64,000 nucleotides of DNA from Minutocellus sp. GHC0000111. Taxonomy: Eukaryota. Shown one piece after another: positions 1 through 11,143 of the stretch; positions within the stretch are counted from its first letter, which is position 1, and each line of letters begins with the position of its first letter. Location: contig OZ361257.1 in the NCBI GenBank assembly GCA_977018835.1, positions 3,720,001 to 3,784,000 on the forward strand, in the 5' to 3' direction. The translations under genes and the position numbers were made by a program. The notes below the pieces were generated by a model, which saw only the letters and a program-made list of their open reading frames with translations, was not told the DNA's origin and did not search any database.

Positions 1-1444
1 TACATGTAAAAAATGATTCCAGTTCAACTCGAACTTTCTACGTAGCTAGAGATATGTTTCTAGTAGATCTACAGCTGTAGAGTGATTCCACGAGACCGCC
101 GACAAAATCGCCGTAAATAGTAAGGCACTAGGAAATTTTTTTGTGCGATACTTTATGCAGCGCATAAATGAACCCACTAAATGGCCTCTCTCAACACGGC
201 GAAAGCAAGGAGAATTCATCTCCACAAGAAGGCCACCAAATGATGGTATAACGATAAATAACTCCAAGCCAACCGATGTATACGCCAACTACATGCGTTA
301 GGTGAGTATTGCATACTTGAAAGCAAACTCATTCGTACATCATGTGCTATTTTAGCAACATCTCCTCATGCCCAGAAATTTTCAATATTTTTTTACCCTC
401 AAAATGGCAAAGAATTATGGCTGATGCTTGTCTACATCCATTTCAATCCTCCCTGACCGGCATTACTTTCACTTGGGTAATATTGGGAGCAAGTTTGCGC
501 CAGAGGGTCGATATTGGGCCCCATCTTTGTATCATTGTGGCCGTCACCATGGAAAGCAAAAACATCTGAAAGTAGCAAATCCCCATTTACAACCCCCTTC
601 AAGCCTCAACCACTGTTCCTTCACGCAATATCAGCACGCACGATGCTCATTCTATATTACATCCATCGATCTCACGTGTTGGTTTGGCCGCTTTCTCCGG
701 TTTCGTTCCTCTCGGGCGGCAGAAGCAATGAAGGTGAAATCTGGTGCCGACATCAGACACGGGACTTTGGGAAATAGTTTTCTCTATGAATTGTCAAGAA
801 ATGCCACCACCCCCCACTCAAATGCGCTTGGTATATATATGGGTGAAGCGTCGACGGCTCAGTGCAACGGAAGTGGTGCATGGACCGCATAAAAGCATCC
901 GGACCAACTTTCGGATGGGTGGTGTAATGGGGGTGGTAATGGCGCTGGGCCACATTTCGCGGTACAGGCACGCACCGACGCACCGCTATCGCCCAAAAAT
1001 CCCTTCCAGTAATATTCAGGAAGGCATCTAGGTGGTCAGAGTGTATGCGATGGCCGGGGTGGTGCTGTACATCGGGCGAACATGGTCGTGATGGAACGTC
1101 GGAAACTGTCGAAAAAATCGGGTCTAACGCGAACGAATTTTTCAAGGCTCAAAAAAGTAATTGCAAGTCTCCTGCTGCACCACAGTGTTGTGAAAGGCTA
1201 TTACAAGGGTATGGTGCCCCGTAGTCTTGATTGTTCTCAATGGGAGGCACATCGGCGACACATGTTGTGGCCCCATTCGTTGAACGAAATGGGTTTTGTT
1301 TCGTTATAAAGTTTGATGTATTTTTTCTTTCTTGAAACAGCACAAGTGTATTCTACGACATAAAAATAAATTTTCAAACAATAGTGTACCAAAAGAAACA
1401 CTCTAATACCGTATCTATATCATGTGCTAAAAGAGCACCAAGAT

Positions 1445-1531
1445 CATTGTACCAACTTCCTTTTATTGTTGATTATGGTCTACAATACCCTTCTGAGTAA
1501 GGATCATCAATAAAAGGAAGTTGGTACAATG
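1445..1531. repeat. 29-bp inverted repeat (28/29 match) with a 29-bp spacer; hairpin or MITE-like relic
   Basis: CATTGTACCAACTTCCTTTTATTGTTGAT (1445-1473) pairs with ATCATCAATAAAAGGAAGTTGGTACAATG (1503-1531). Confidence 0.85.
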
Positions 1532-1652
1532 TTTACGAAACATCGCGGAGGGGGTGTCTGCTCTCTCGTGAAATCACTCTGTAGATCTTCATATTATATA
1601 GGAATTCCTACATGTATGTGCAAATTGCTTCTCAAAAATGATCTCTTCTCTT

Positions 1653-3473
1653 CTAAACAAGAGCCTCCATGAAACTCGATTCCTTCTCAATCGATTGGAC
1701 CACAGAATTGGCGACATTGCCTTCCTCGTACGATACGACTGTTGGTACTGAGAACTCCCGCAGTGCCTCGGTAATGCTCATAACGCCCATGGCTGAGGAA
1801 CGACGACCAGAGAAGGGGAGTGAATCGGGTGATCGGCCGCAGGAGCCATTGATGTTGATCTTGCCAAAGACATTGGCGAAGCGATCGATAAGGTGACTAC
1901 TGCCATCTCCCTTTGCCGAAAAAATGCTCGCCTGCTGGCCATAAATGCCCTCCCTCGCGTACTCTAGTACAGTTTCCATCGAATCGTATTCTCCGATTGG
2001 CACGACAGGACCAAACTGTTCCTCCTTGTAGATGTCCATGTCAGGTGTGACCGGATAAAGCACTGCAGGTATCATCAACGTAGATTCACTGCCACCCACA
2101 ATCGCCCCACCGTTCGTATTGATAATCTTGGCACCCTTCGACGTTGCATCTTGAATCAATCTCTTCATGTAATCAACGCGCTTCATGTTAGGAAGGGGCG
2201 TAATCTGCGGATTCTCCCAGGGCAGATCAACTTTCATCGATTCGACCTTCTCCGCGATTCGTTTGGCAACCAGCTCCGCATTAGATCCCTTCGGTGCAAA
2301 CATGATCTTGAGAGCCGTGCATCGCTGCCCATTGTAACTCAAACCTCCGCTCACGGCTTCCTTGATGGCAAAGTCGAGAGCAGCTTCCTCCGACGATTCA
2401 AAAAGGTTTGGAAGAAAGATGGCTGGATTCTTGGCCTCCAATTGCAGAAATACCTTGAGTCTATGAGGCTGAGGATGCTTTTGGATCAAGTCATCGGCTG
2501 CCTTGGACCCACCGATGAATGCCAGTCCATCAATCTTTCCAGTCTCCATGAGAGGTGGCATCGTAGCGCGTCCACTACCACTAATGAAATTAATGGTTCC
2601 ATGAGGCAAGGTCCTAGCGAATGCCTCCATGGTGAGAGAATGCACCAGACCACCAACAGTCGGGATCTTCATGATCACCACATTACCCATGAGCAGGGCA
2701 GGAATTAGAGTTGCGTACGTCTCATTGAGCGGGTAGTTGTAAGGTCCGAGGCACATGATGAGACCGATGGCTGCCCTCCTAACAAATGCGCGAACGGAAC
2801 CAACGTGTTGCCACTCGTCGTTGTATTCGGCGGCATCGGGCATGCGAATGGCAGCAATGACCTCCTGAATGAACACCACCGTGCGATCGAACTCGGCCTC
2901 GGCATCCTTGCGATTCTTGCCAATCTCCCACATGAGGACGTTGACTATGGCCTCGCGCTGCTTGGACAGTTCCTGAACAAAGTTTTCGATGGCCTCGATA
3001 CGATTCTTAAGGCTCATCAGTGGCCATTCGCCAGACCCACCGTTCCAAGCCTCGCGGGCTGCGTCCAATACCTTCAGCGCCTGGTCGGTGGAGAACTGTG
3101 GCGACTGTCCAATGACGACGGGCTGCAGTGCCTGGCACGTTTCATCGTCGTCATCGCTGCCGCTACCACTGCCCACGGAACAACACCCGAGAACATCCAC
3201 CATTTTATCTACTTCCATACCTCCATCGCTGGTGGACGCATCGGCCGCAGCGTATGCCTCAATGACCTTGCCATCAACGAGCGTTTTGCCAGCGACAAAG
3301 GGAGGACGTGCCGATGACGAAGATGCGTCACTGTTGCTGCCGGTCGCTTGAGGAGTGAGGCAGACCGAGGTGGGGACTGCCGAGGAATCGGCCTCGGCTG
3401 CAAACTGTCTCGGATCTGCAATGGCCGCAGCCGAGAGCAGCGCGAGGGTCGTCGTTCGTCGTCGGAAGATCAT
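1653..3473 (-). CDS. NADP-dependent aldehyde dehydrogenase, non-phosphorylating GAPDH (GAPN/ALDH11-ALDH21-like), with N-terminal extension
   Basis: ALDH motifs GPYNYPLNE, FIGGS, LEAKNPA (catalytic Glu), YNGQRCTA (catalytic Cys), EEQFGPV; intronless 606-aa ORF. Confidence 0.85.
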   Translation of the reverse strand: MIFRRRTTTLALLSAAAIADPRQFAAEADSSAVPTSVCLTPQATGSNSDASSSSARPPFVAGKTLVDGKVIEAYAAADASTSDGGMEVDKMVDVLGCCSVGSGSGSDDDDETCQALQPVVIGQSPQFSTDQALKVLDAAREAWNGGSGEWPLMSLKNRIEAIENFVQELSKQREAIVNVLMWEIGKNRKDAEAEFDRTVVFIQEVIAAIRMPDAAEYNDEWQHVGSVRAFVRRAAIGLIMCLGPYNYPLNETYATLIPALLMGNVVIMKIPTVGGLVHSLTMEAFARTLPHGTINFISGSGRATMPPLMETGKIDGLAFIGGSKAADDLIQKHPQPHRLKVFLQLEAKNPAIFLPNLFESSEEAALDFAIKEAVSGGLSYNGQRCTALKIMFAPKGSNAELVAKRIAEKVESMKVDLPWENPQITPLPNMKRVDYMKRLIQDATSKGAKIINTNGGAIVGGSESTLMIPAVLYPVTPDMDIYKEEQFGPVVPIGEYDSMETVLEYAREGIYGQQASIFSAKGDGSSHLIDRFANVFGKININGSCGRSPDSLPFSGRRSSAMGVMSITEALREFSVPTVVSYEEGNVANSVVQSIEKESSFMEALV

Positions 3474-3629
3474 CGTTGATATGGAATGGCGAGAATATGA
3501 GCTGGAAGTGGAAGCAGTTAGGTGGCATGGAGCTCCATCGAAAGCGGCGCCACGTCACCTCGTCGTCATCAATGACGTCAAATCGTAATCGACCCCTTTC
3601 CACCTCAAAATAAAACACAAAACGGAACC

Positions 3630-5384
3630 ATGGCAGGGAACAACACCAACAGCGGCGGCGGCACCACTACCACGGCATCGATCGACAGGGCCCTGTTGGC
3701 CCTGGACGAGGCTTTGCTCGAAGGAGGTGTGAGTGGCGGTAGTGGCGACGATGGGGCCAAGGCACAGGCTCCGGCGAAGACCACCACCGCCGACCAGCAA
3801 CCACAGCCGGCGGCAGATGCCCGAGCAACCTCAAGCTCTGCCGATGAGGAGGGTGGCAGCAAGGATGTGTTCTCTCCCGCAGCGTACCGCAAGAGGTTGG
3901 GCACGTTCCGGCCCATGACGTACTTTGCCAAGCCCGAGGAGGTGTCGCCGTTGGTATGCGCTCGGTTCGGGTAAGTCTAAGGTCAGGTTGTTTACGTTTT
4001 GGAGTCGTCAGATAGGCAAAAGCATAAAAGGGACCTCAAGCCAACGGGACTTTTCGGCGGCAATATGTTCCATTCATTTTGCTGTCAGCTTGCATTTCAT
4101 ATGCATATCAGTGAAGAGATTTCTCGTGCGAGAGATACACATTCGCGCTGTCCACATTTTTGTGGTTCATTGACGAAATTTTGTCCCGATATTGTCTGTA
4201 GTAAGAGAGTCTGACAATCAGGTCGCATGCATCCCAAAGGTTTATTGGTGCCTTATTGCGCTACACACGGACTTACAACTCTTCAATCATATTCATTTGC
4301 TTTTTAAACAATACACAGGTGGATCAATTCCTCACATGATATGCTGGCATGCACCAGCCCGTCGTGCCGTGCGGCGATATGTGTCGATATCAGCCCTACC
4401 CTCAGTGCCGAGTCGGCTCAGAAAATGGCCAAGCAGTACCGCCAGATGCTGGCCACCGCACACACCACCGTCTGTCCTTTCCGCTCTGATGCAGAGAGGT
4501 GGCTCCTCGACGAGGAATCCAAGATGCAGTCGGACGGCTTCGTCGTGTCTCCCTTCCTCTTGCAAATGTCCAATGACTACGTGGTGCTAGAGAATTTGGC
4601 GGCGGGAGGGTTGGTTGCCCGTAAAATGATTCGAGCTGCAGCAGTACAGCTGAGTGAGCATTTGGAACAGGCCAACATGGGTCTTTCGAAGTTGAACGTT
4701 ACCATCCCCCAGAAGCTCGTTGAGTTTGTTGAACACGAGGCGTCGGTCGCTGGGACCACTTTCGATGGTGTAGGAGCGGGATCCGAGGTCGATCGTGTCT
4801 CTGGGTGGATATATTCTGCCCTTGCTGGAGAATTAAAGAGATCGGGGGATATTTCGGAGGAAGTTTTGGCTAAGAAGACAAGTGCTGACGATGATTTCGA
4901 TAAACTTGTCACCAATGCTCCGCTTTTGGCTTCCTTGGGTTGGCGCCCTGCCGTCGCTGATGCTGACAATAACAGCGACGATGCCGCGGTTGTTGAGTGT
5001 CCACTCTGCTTGGCGCGAACATCCCTTACTTGTTGCACGGATATCAATGCTGGAGATGCACCTCCAGCAAAAAGACAGCGTACGAGCGATGGGGACGCTA
5101 CATCGTCGAGTTGCCCTCCTGTGGATCTGCTGATTTCGCACCGACACTATTGTCCCTATGTCTGCTCTGGTGCTTGCAGTCTTGAGGGCGCCACCATGGC
5201 CGGATGGAAGGGAATCCTTGCCATGGTTGCAAGACAATATCGTGACAAGGAGAATACCAATAGTGCCCTGACGGAAGTCGAGGGAGACATGAAGCAAAAG
5301 CTCACATCTGGCGAAGAGACGTTCCAGTCGGTTCGATCTTTGCTGCGAACGGCACTTCCCTCCGAGCCTAAAGTAGATCTATAA
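3630..5384 (+). CDS. C3HC zinc-finger protein (NIPA/ZC3HC1/Rsm1-like), 2 exons (3630-3970, 4319-5384)
   Basis: Splicing the GTAAGT(3971)..CAG(4318) intron gives RLGTFRPMTYFAKP..SPLVCARFGW..LACTSPSC..HTTVCPF; second module CPLC..HRHYCPY. Confidence 0.8.
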
Positions 5385-5588
5385 TTCGGTAGCATTACAG
5401 TTTGTCCTGACTTTTGCGAGTTTGCTATGAGCGGAGGCAAGCAGCATGGCTAGCTAGCTAGTAGTACGCAGATTTACCACCATTAGCTTCTAGAGCTAGC
5501 TACGTAGAAGAAATGACACAAGCAACGCGTAGTTAAATTTAAAGCAGCAGGATACGTTACCTCGGTACTCAATCTCATTCGCCTCTTC

Positions 5589-7913
5589 CTAAAGAGTCAG
5601 CTCAAAACCTTCGCAATAAATTATATGCATCGTCTTGAGCAGCTTGAAGAGGGCCGCAGCCTCTCTAATCCTCGAGAATGTGATGCAGAAGGCCTGAATC
5701 TCCATGTGCATATCGGATACGTTGACGACCTGGTTCCGGATAAGACTCTGGAGGAAGACACAGACCAGACGGACCAAACGGTTCTGAGCGTTGCGGTCGT
5801 GAATGTTCTCGCAGCTGGACATGCAGTTGGAGACGAAGCTGTGGACGAACTCGGGATGGACGAGGGGTTTGGTGGCCCCTCCCTTCCCGGCGCTGGTATC
5901 GGGGACGCGACTCATGGCGAGGCGATTCACGACCTCCATGCTGTGCAGGCTCATGTCCATACCGACGAGAGCCGAGAGGTACTCGTTGCGGAGGAGGGAT
6001 TCCTTGTCCTCCCCGCCACTGCTGTTCTTGCCCTTGGCCTTGCCACCCTTCTTGCCTCCGCCGCCACTGCCACCTTCCGAAGACGATGGAGTCAGCACAC
6101 GGAGCAGGCATTCATTGGCAACCGCGGGGTTGTTCTCCACCAGCTGAGGCAAGTTCTGCGGGGTCAGCCCACATTCCTTGACGATGCGGCGGGCACGGTT
6201 CTCCTCATCGGTCGCTTCCTGCTTGGTCGAGGTCTGGGACTGCTGCTGCTGCTGCTGCTTGTTGCCCATCGCTCCCTTGCGGTTCTTTCCCTTCTGCTTG
6301 CGATTGTTGGCGGGAGCCGTCGGGTGCTGGGCACTACCACCACCACCGGCACCCTTGGCCTTGTTGCTGGCAGCGCCGAGGGCCTGCAGGACCCTGCGCT
6401 CGGCATCGGGGGAGAGGGCGGAACGGAAGGCCCGGTCTCGGATGAGGGCAATGACCTCGTCGTCGGCCGCGGCACCTGCGGCGTACCCAGCGGCGCCCCC
6501 TCGGCCCGCGGCTCCGGCCCGCTCGGACGGGTGCCGCATCAGCTTGAGGCGGAGGGCGGGATACTCCGGCAGGAGCCAAACGAGCTCGGACCGGAGGGTC
6601 GCCGCGTCTTCGCCGCCCATGGTCCGTATCTGGGCCTCCTGCAGCTGCTGGCGGCGCTGGGCGGCGCCGTAGCCGTGGCCGATGTCGGGACAGTCGTAGC
6701 CGGTGAAGGGGGTGAGGGGGGGCGGGGTGGGACGGGCGAACTTGGGCCGGAGGGGGGGCAGGCCGAGGGGCCGGCCGAGGTCGAGCCTCGGGTCGCGCTG
6801 CGATTGCTGCGCCGCCTCGGCCGCCTGCTGGGCCTGCAGCTGCAGGGCCTGGGCCTGCTGCATCTGGAAGGACTGCATCTGGTGCTGCTGCTGCATCTGC
6901 TGGAACTGCTGCTGCTGGCGGGCCCGGTCCTCCTCGATGCTGAAGTTGGAGAGGAGGAGGGACATGGTCCGGGCGTCGGCGTCGTTGGACGGGCGGATGA
7001 CGGGGGAGACGGAGGCGGGGGGAAGGGGCTGCTGCGCAGTAGCAGTAGCAGAAGCCTGGCTGCTGCCGCTGCCGCTGCTGCCGCTGCCGCTGCTGCCGCT
7101 GCCGCTGCTGCCACCGTCACCGGCCTGCCCATCTAAATGTACGGCCCAAAGCTTGTTCAAAGCCGTTACCAGCTCCTCCGTCACGGTATCCCCGTCGGTG
7201 CTACTACTACCACCGCTGCCACTGCCAAGAATACCACCACCACTACCACCGCCAACACCAAGACCAAGACCCGCTAGGAAGCTACTGCCGTCGCCGAATA
7301 TGCCCGCACTGCCGCTGGTATCGGTACTGGTACTGGTGCTGGTATCGGCACCAGCCTGGCCGCCCTGCTGCCTTCCCTCCTTGAGCAGGGACCGGAAGAA
7401 CTCCACGAGGTGCCGCTCCTCGTCGTCGGTGACGGAGCCGCTGCCCCTCTGGGCCAGGACGGCCTGGATGCGGCGGGCGGCGCTCTCGAGCAGGACGGGC
7501 AGGAGGGGGTTGGACCGGAAGGCCGCGACGGCCTCGGCCCTCTGCTGGTCCAGCTCGGCCTCGGGCGACGCCGAGGAGGAGGCGGCGCCGGTGCCGGACG
7601 ACCGGCGCTTCACTCCGGCACCACCGCCGCTACCGGTACCGCCGGCAGCCTCGAGGCTGCGGAGGGCGGCCACGCACGCCAAACGCTGGCTGGGGTTGAG
7701 GATGGGTCCGAGGGGGGGACCCCGGCGGACGGCCGCGCCGGCGCCGGTGGGAGACCCGCTCCGGCTTCCGCGGAGGCCGCCGCCGTTCGACAGGCCCCCC
7801 GACGAGGAGCCCATGTCGGCGCCGCCGGTCAGGCCCATCCCGTCGAGGAGGGAGACGCTGCCCCCGCCCGAGGCGGGCGGGGCGGCCGCCAGGAGGTCGT
7901 CGAGGAAGTCCAT
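5589..7913 (-). CDS. CNOT11: CCR4-NOT complex subunit 11
   Basis: C-terminal domain [56 protein letters not shown]; low-complexity G/S/Q N-terminal half. Confidence 0.9.
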   Translation of the reverse strand: MDFLDDLLAAAPPASGGGSVSLLDGMGLTGGADMGSSSGGLSNGGGLRGSRSGSPTGAGAAVRRGPPLGPILNPSQRLACVAALRSLEAAGGTGSGGGAGVKRRSSGTGAASSSASPEAELDQQRAEAVAAFRSNPLLPVLLESAARRIQAVLAQRGSGSVTDDEERHLVEFFRSLLKEGRQQGGQAGADTSTSTSTDTSGSAGIFGDGSSFLAGLGLGVGGGSGGGILGSGSGGSSSTDGDTVTEELVTALNKLWAVHLDGQAGDGGSSGSGSSGSGSSGSGSSQASATATAQQPLPPASVSPVIRPSNDADARTMSLLLSNFSIEEDRARQQQQFQQMQQQHQMQSFQMQQAQALQLQAQQAAEAAQQSQRDPRLDLGRPLGLPPLRPKFARPTPPPLTPFTGYDCPDIGHGYGAAQRRQQLQEAQIRTMGGEDAATLRSELVWLLPEYPALRLKLMRHPSERAGAAGRGGAAGYAAGAAADDEVIALIRDRAFRSALSPDAERRVLQALGAASNKAKGAGGGGSAQHPTAPANNRKQKGKNRKGAMGNKQQQQQQSQTSTKQEATDEENRARRIVKECGLTPQNLPQLVENNPAVANECLLRVLTPSSSEGGSGGGGKKGGKAKGKNSSGGEDKESLLRNEYLSALVGMDMSLHSMEVVNRLAMSRVPDTSAGKGGATKPLVHPEFVHSFVSNCMSSCENIHDRNAQNRLVRLVCVFLQSLIRNQVVNVSDMHMEIQAFCITFSRIREAAALFKLLKTMHIIYCEGFELTL

Positions 7914-8400
7914 CGGCCACTAACTGACTGACTGGTCGGCAGGCAAGGCAAGGGAACTCGTCTCTTGTACACGTAATGCACGTAACTTCCGGGACCTCTC
8001 CACGCACTTTTTCGAGGGGGGGACAAAAAGGATGCACTGACCTACCCTCGGAGCACACAAAAACGCCAACAAACACAAGTGATGTGCCCTTGGACGCCTT
8101 GCTGTGAGGTGTAGTCGTCGCTTTGGTCCTCTTTTGCCCGGTTTCACTGCTACTATGCTTATTCCGAGGGAGGAAAGAGCCACCTACCTGGCAGGTTTGG
8201 CTGTGCGTTGTTCCTCTGTTTTTTCATGCGCGGGATTAGAAGTCTGACCTTCGCCTGATCCCGCCCGATTTTTAATTCAGTCTGGCCGTCGCCCGCTTCG
8301 ATCTCGTTCTGGTCCATCGAAGTTTTGGCGCCCAAGTCAGTCAACAGGCAACAGGCCAACTTGATTTGCTGATATCCAACTACAGTAGTATCTGGTAACG

Positions 8401-11088
8401 ATGCCGAGAGGTACACGATCGTCCAGAAGGGCGGCAGAAGCCGAGGCAGAAGCAAAAGCTAAAGCTTCCAAAATGGCACAAGATGTGCCAACATCGGATG
8501 AAGAAGACGACAGTGATGACCAAAGCGAGAATGGCGCCGCCCCCACCAACGAGACGGTCCAGTCCCTCACCCATCTCCTCTCCACGCTGTCCAAGCCGGA
8601 GGATCTGCTCACCACGATCCTCATGCCGTCGAATGCAGGCAACAATGCCGATGGCGATGGCGATGGAGAGAAAATTACGGCTCTCCTCCGATCGGCATCC
8701 CGGACACTCTTTGGTCGGCTCGAGCAGCTGGCCGCCGTGGAGGAAAAACTTCGACGGAAGAAGGAGCAGCAACAACAACAATTGGAGCTACAGGGAGAAG
8801 GAAAGGATGATTTTGGCATGGGAGATGACGACGATGATGGTATGATGGAGGCTCCCCTATCGGGATTGACCGAGCTGTACACCGGCGAGGAGGAGGCGGA
8901 TGGTACCGCCGCCGTCGACGCCGAAACGCTCTGGGGGCAGGTCGATCTGCAGAACGAGGCCCTGCTGCCCAAATTGCGCAAGAGCGTCAGGTCGCTGGCT
9001 AAGTCCATCGACAAGGAGGGGTCGGCTTTCGTAAAGTTGCTGGACTTTGGCGATCTGACTGACAATGACGACGGCGGAGATGGCGGCGATGATGACGACA
9101 ACGACGACGAAAGTACAAGTAGTCGCGGTGGTGAATCCAGCGATGAAGATGAGGAGGAAGATGACGAGGCGAGACGGATCCGGGAGAGAATGGAGAAAGC
9201 CATGGCCGATATGATGTCGGATGATGACGATGACATGTCTTCTGGCGGCGACAAAGATGACGACGAGGAGGAGGGAGGGGGTGGTCCCACCGCCTCCAAG
9301 AGGGCCAAGATGTCAACTGCCCGGTCCGATGACGAGGAGGAGGAAGACATGGAAGATCCTGCCGCCCAGGAGCTCAACGATGGCTTCTTCGATATCAGCG
9401 AGATGGAGGCCTTTGCCGACGAGGAGGAGGACTATCTTCCCGAGGATATGGACGCTGCCGTGGAGGAGGAACGGAGGAAGCAGAAGAACAAGGCCAAGAA
9501 GGCCAAGCTACCGCATCAGAGACAGCGACAGGGCGAGGAATCCGACGACAGCGAAGATGAGGAGGAGGAGGATCGGGAGGAACCGTCGTTCGCGAAGCGC
9601 AAGAAGTACCGTGAAGACGACGAGATTGATGCACTCTACAACCTGTATCAGGAGGCGCATGACAATGGGGAAAGTGATGACGAAGAGGAGGACGTGGCTG
9701 ATATGACGGCCGCTGACTTCTTTGGTCAGCCCAACAAACGCTACCTCAGAGCCAAGAAGGGGCAAGATGTTGGTAAGGCCAAGCCTTCCAAGTCGTCCAA
9801 GTCAGGTGGAAGCAGCAAAAAGAAGGTTGCCGCCCAGGAGGAGGATATCGACTCATGGGATGAGCATAGCTTTGGCGACGATGAAAACGACGATGACGAT
9901 GGTCCTGGTTGGAGGGATGATCACCCAAAAGGCGGTGATAAGACCAAAGGCAAGGGCAGTGACGATGATAGTAGCAAAGAATCCTCCTCAGATGAAGAAG
10001 AGGAGGAGGAAGATTCTGATGACGATCAAATGGAAGTTGAAGAGGAAGAGAAGGAACCCGAGCGTCAAACCAATCATGCCATCTCCTCCAATAAACTCCT
10101 CCAGCAGACAGAAGAACTCGAGAAGGAGATTCTCGCAGAGAAGCCTTGGCAAATGACAGGTGAAAGCAAAGGAACCCAGCGCCCGACCAACTCCCTCCTT
10201 GAGGCCACTCCTGAATTCGAGGTTGCTACCAAGATGGCACCTATCATCACTGTTGAGCATACCGAAAATATCGAAGAGATGATTAAAACGCGCATCATCG
10301 ATGAGGATTGGGACGACGTTGTGCCAAGAGAGCTACCAGATATCGGCCTTGGTAAGAGAAAGGGTGAACTTCCAGAAGTGAGTCAGGAGAAGAGTAAGCT
10401 TGGACTTGGCGAGCTCTATGAGAGGGAATATCTCAAGAAGGTTGCAGGTTACGATAAGGATGCCGTCGAGCGTGAAACGGAGGAGGACAAGGTGAAGAAC
10501 GAGATGAAGGCCCTCTTCGCCAACCTCTGTAGTCAGCTTGATGCGCTGTCGAACTATCACTTTGCTCCTCGTCCAGTGGCAGACGAAGCCGAAATTCGGA
10601 CCGTCGCTACGCCAGCCATTGCCATGGAAGAGGCACTGCCCTTGCATGTCAGCGATGCCAGAGGTGTGGCTCCGGAAGAAGTTTATGCTGCCAAGAAGGG
10701 GCGTTGCAGTGTTGTTCGAGGAGAGAGCGAGATGGATCAAACCGAGCGCAAGAGACTCCGCAACGCAAAGAAGGCCGCTCGGCGCAAGGCAAGGAAGGCG
10801 AAGCTTGCCGACGAGAAGCTTATATCGAGGCTCCAGCCTGGTCTTGGCCTCAATAATCCTTACGAAAAGCGCAAGCTTCGTGAGGAGTTGCAGATGGCTC
10901 GTGCAAGTGGCAAGGTCACAGAAGGAGAAATCGATGCTAACAAGGATTACACCACGAGTACCAAGTTCTTCCAGAGAATGCAGGAGAATGTTGCAATGGA
11001 AGTACACGGCGGCGGCGCCTCTGAGGGGCGAAAGAGGAAGAGAGATGACCAAGCGGCGCAACGCAAATCGAGTGCATACAAACTGTAA
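8401..11088 (+). CDS. MPP10: U3 snoRNP protein Mpp10
   Basis: Acidic 895-aa ORF with LWGQVDLQN, EKPWQMTGE..RPTNSLLE, SQEKSKLGLGELYE, LDALSNYHFAP and terminal SSAYKL. Confidence 0.92.
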   Translation: MPRGTRSSRRAAEAEAEAKAKASKMAQDVPTSDEEDDSDDQSENGAAPTNETVQSLTHLLSTLSKPEDLLTTILMPSNAGNNADGDGDGEKITALLRSASRTLFGRLEQLAAVEEKLRRKKEQQQQQLELQGEGKDDFGMGDDDDDGMMEAPLSGLTELYTGEEEADGTAAVDAETLWGQVDLQNEALLPKLRKSVRSLAKSIDKEGSAFVKLLDFGDLTDNDDGGDGGDDDDNDDESTSSRGGESSDEDEEEDDEARRIRERMEKAMADMMSDDDDDMSSGGDKDDDEEEGGGGPTASKRAKMSTARSDDEEEEDMEDPAAQELNDGFFDISEMEAFADEEEDYLPEDMDAAVEEERRKQKNKAKKAKLPHQRQRQGEESDDSEDEEEEDREEPSFAKRKKYREDDEIDALYNLYQEAHDNGESDDEEEDVADMTAADFFGQPNKRYLRAKKGQDVGKAKPSKSSKSGGSSKKKVAAQEEDIDSWDEHSFGDDENDDDDGPGWRDDHPKGGDKTKGKGSDDDSSKESSSDEEEEEEDSDDDQMEVEEEEKEPERQTNHAISSNKLLQQTEELEKEILAEKPWQMTGESKGTQRPTNSLLEATPEFEVATKMAPIITVEHTENIEEMIKTRIIDEDWDDVVPRELPDIGLGKRKGELPEVSQEKSKLGLGELYEREYLKKVAGYDKDAVERETEEDKVKNEMKALFANLCSQLDALSNYHFAPRPVADEAEIRTVATPAIAMEEALPLHVSDARGVAPEEVYAAKKGRCSVVRGESEMDQTERKRLRNAKKAARRKARKAKLADEKLISRLQPGLGLNNPYEKRKLREELQMARASGKVTEGEIDANKDYTTSTKFFQRMQENVAMEVHGGGASEGRKRKRDDQAAQRKSSAYKL

Positions 11089-11143
11089 TTGTATTAGTAA
11101 TTTTCTTAGCGTAAGATCACTACCTAGCTACAATTGTAGCTAG

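Noticed and set aside
1..1430. Possible transposase or pseudogene remnant
   Set aside because: Only short broken ORFs; I could not recognise any domain.
7059..7112. GCT/GCC microsatellite
   Set aside because: It simply encodes a G/S low-complexity tract of CNOT11.
5625..7923. Long plus-strand ORFs (503 and 406 aa)
   Set aside because: Antisense to GC-rich CNOT11; low-complexity translations.
8401..11088. Functional clustering of Mpp10 with the rDNA
   Set aside because: They are about 24 kb apart with unrelated genes between; probably coincidence.
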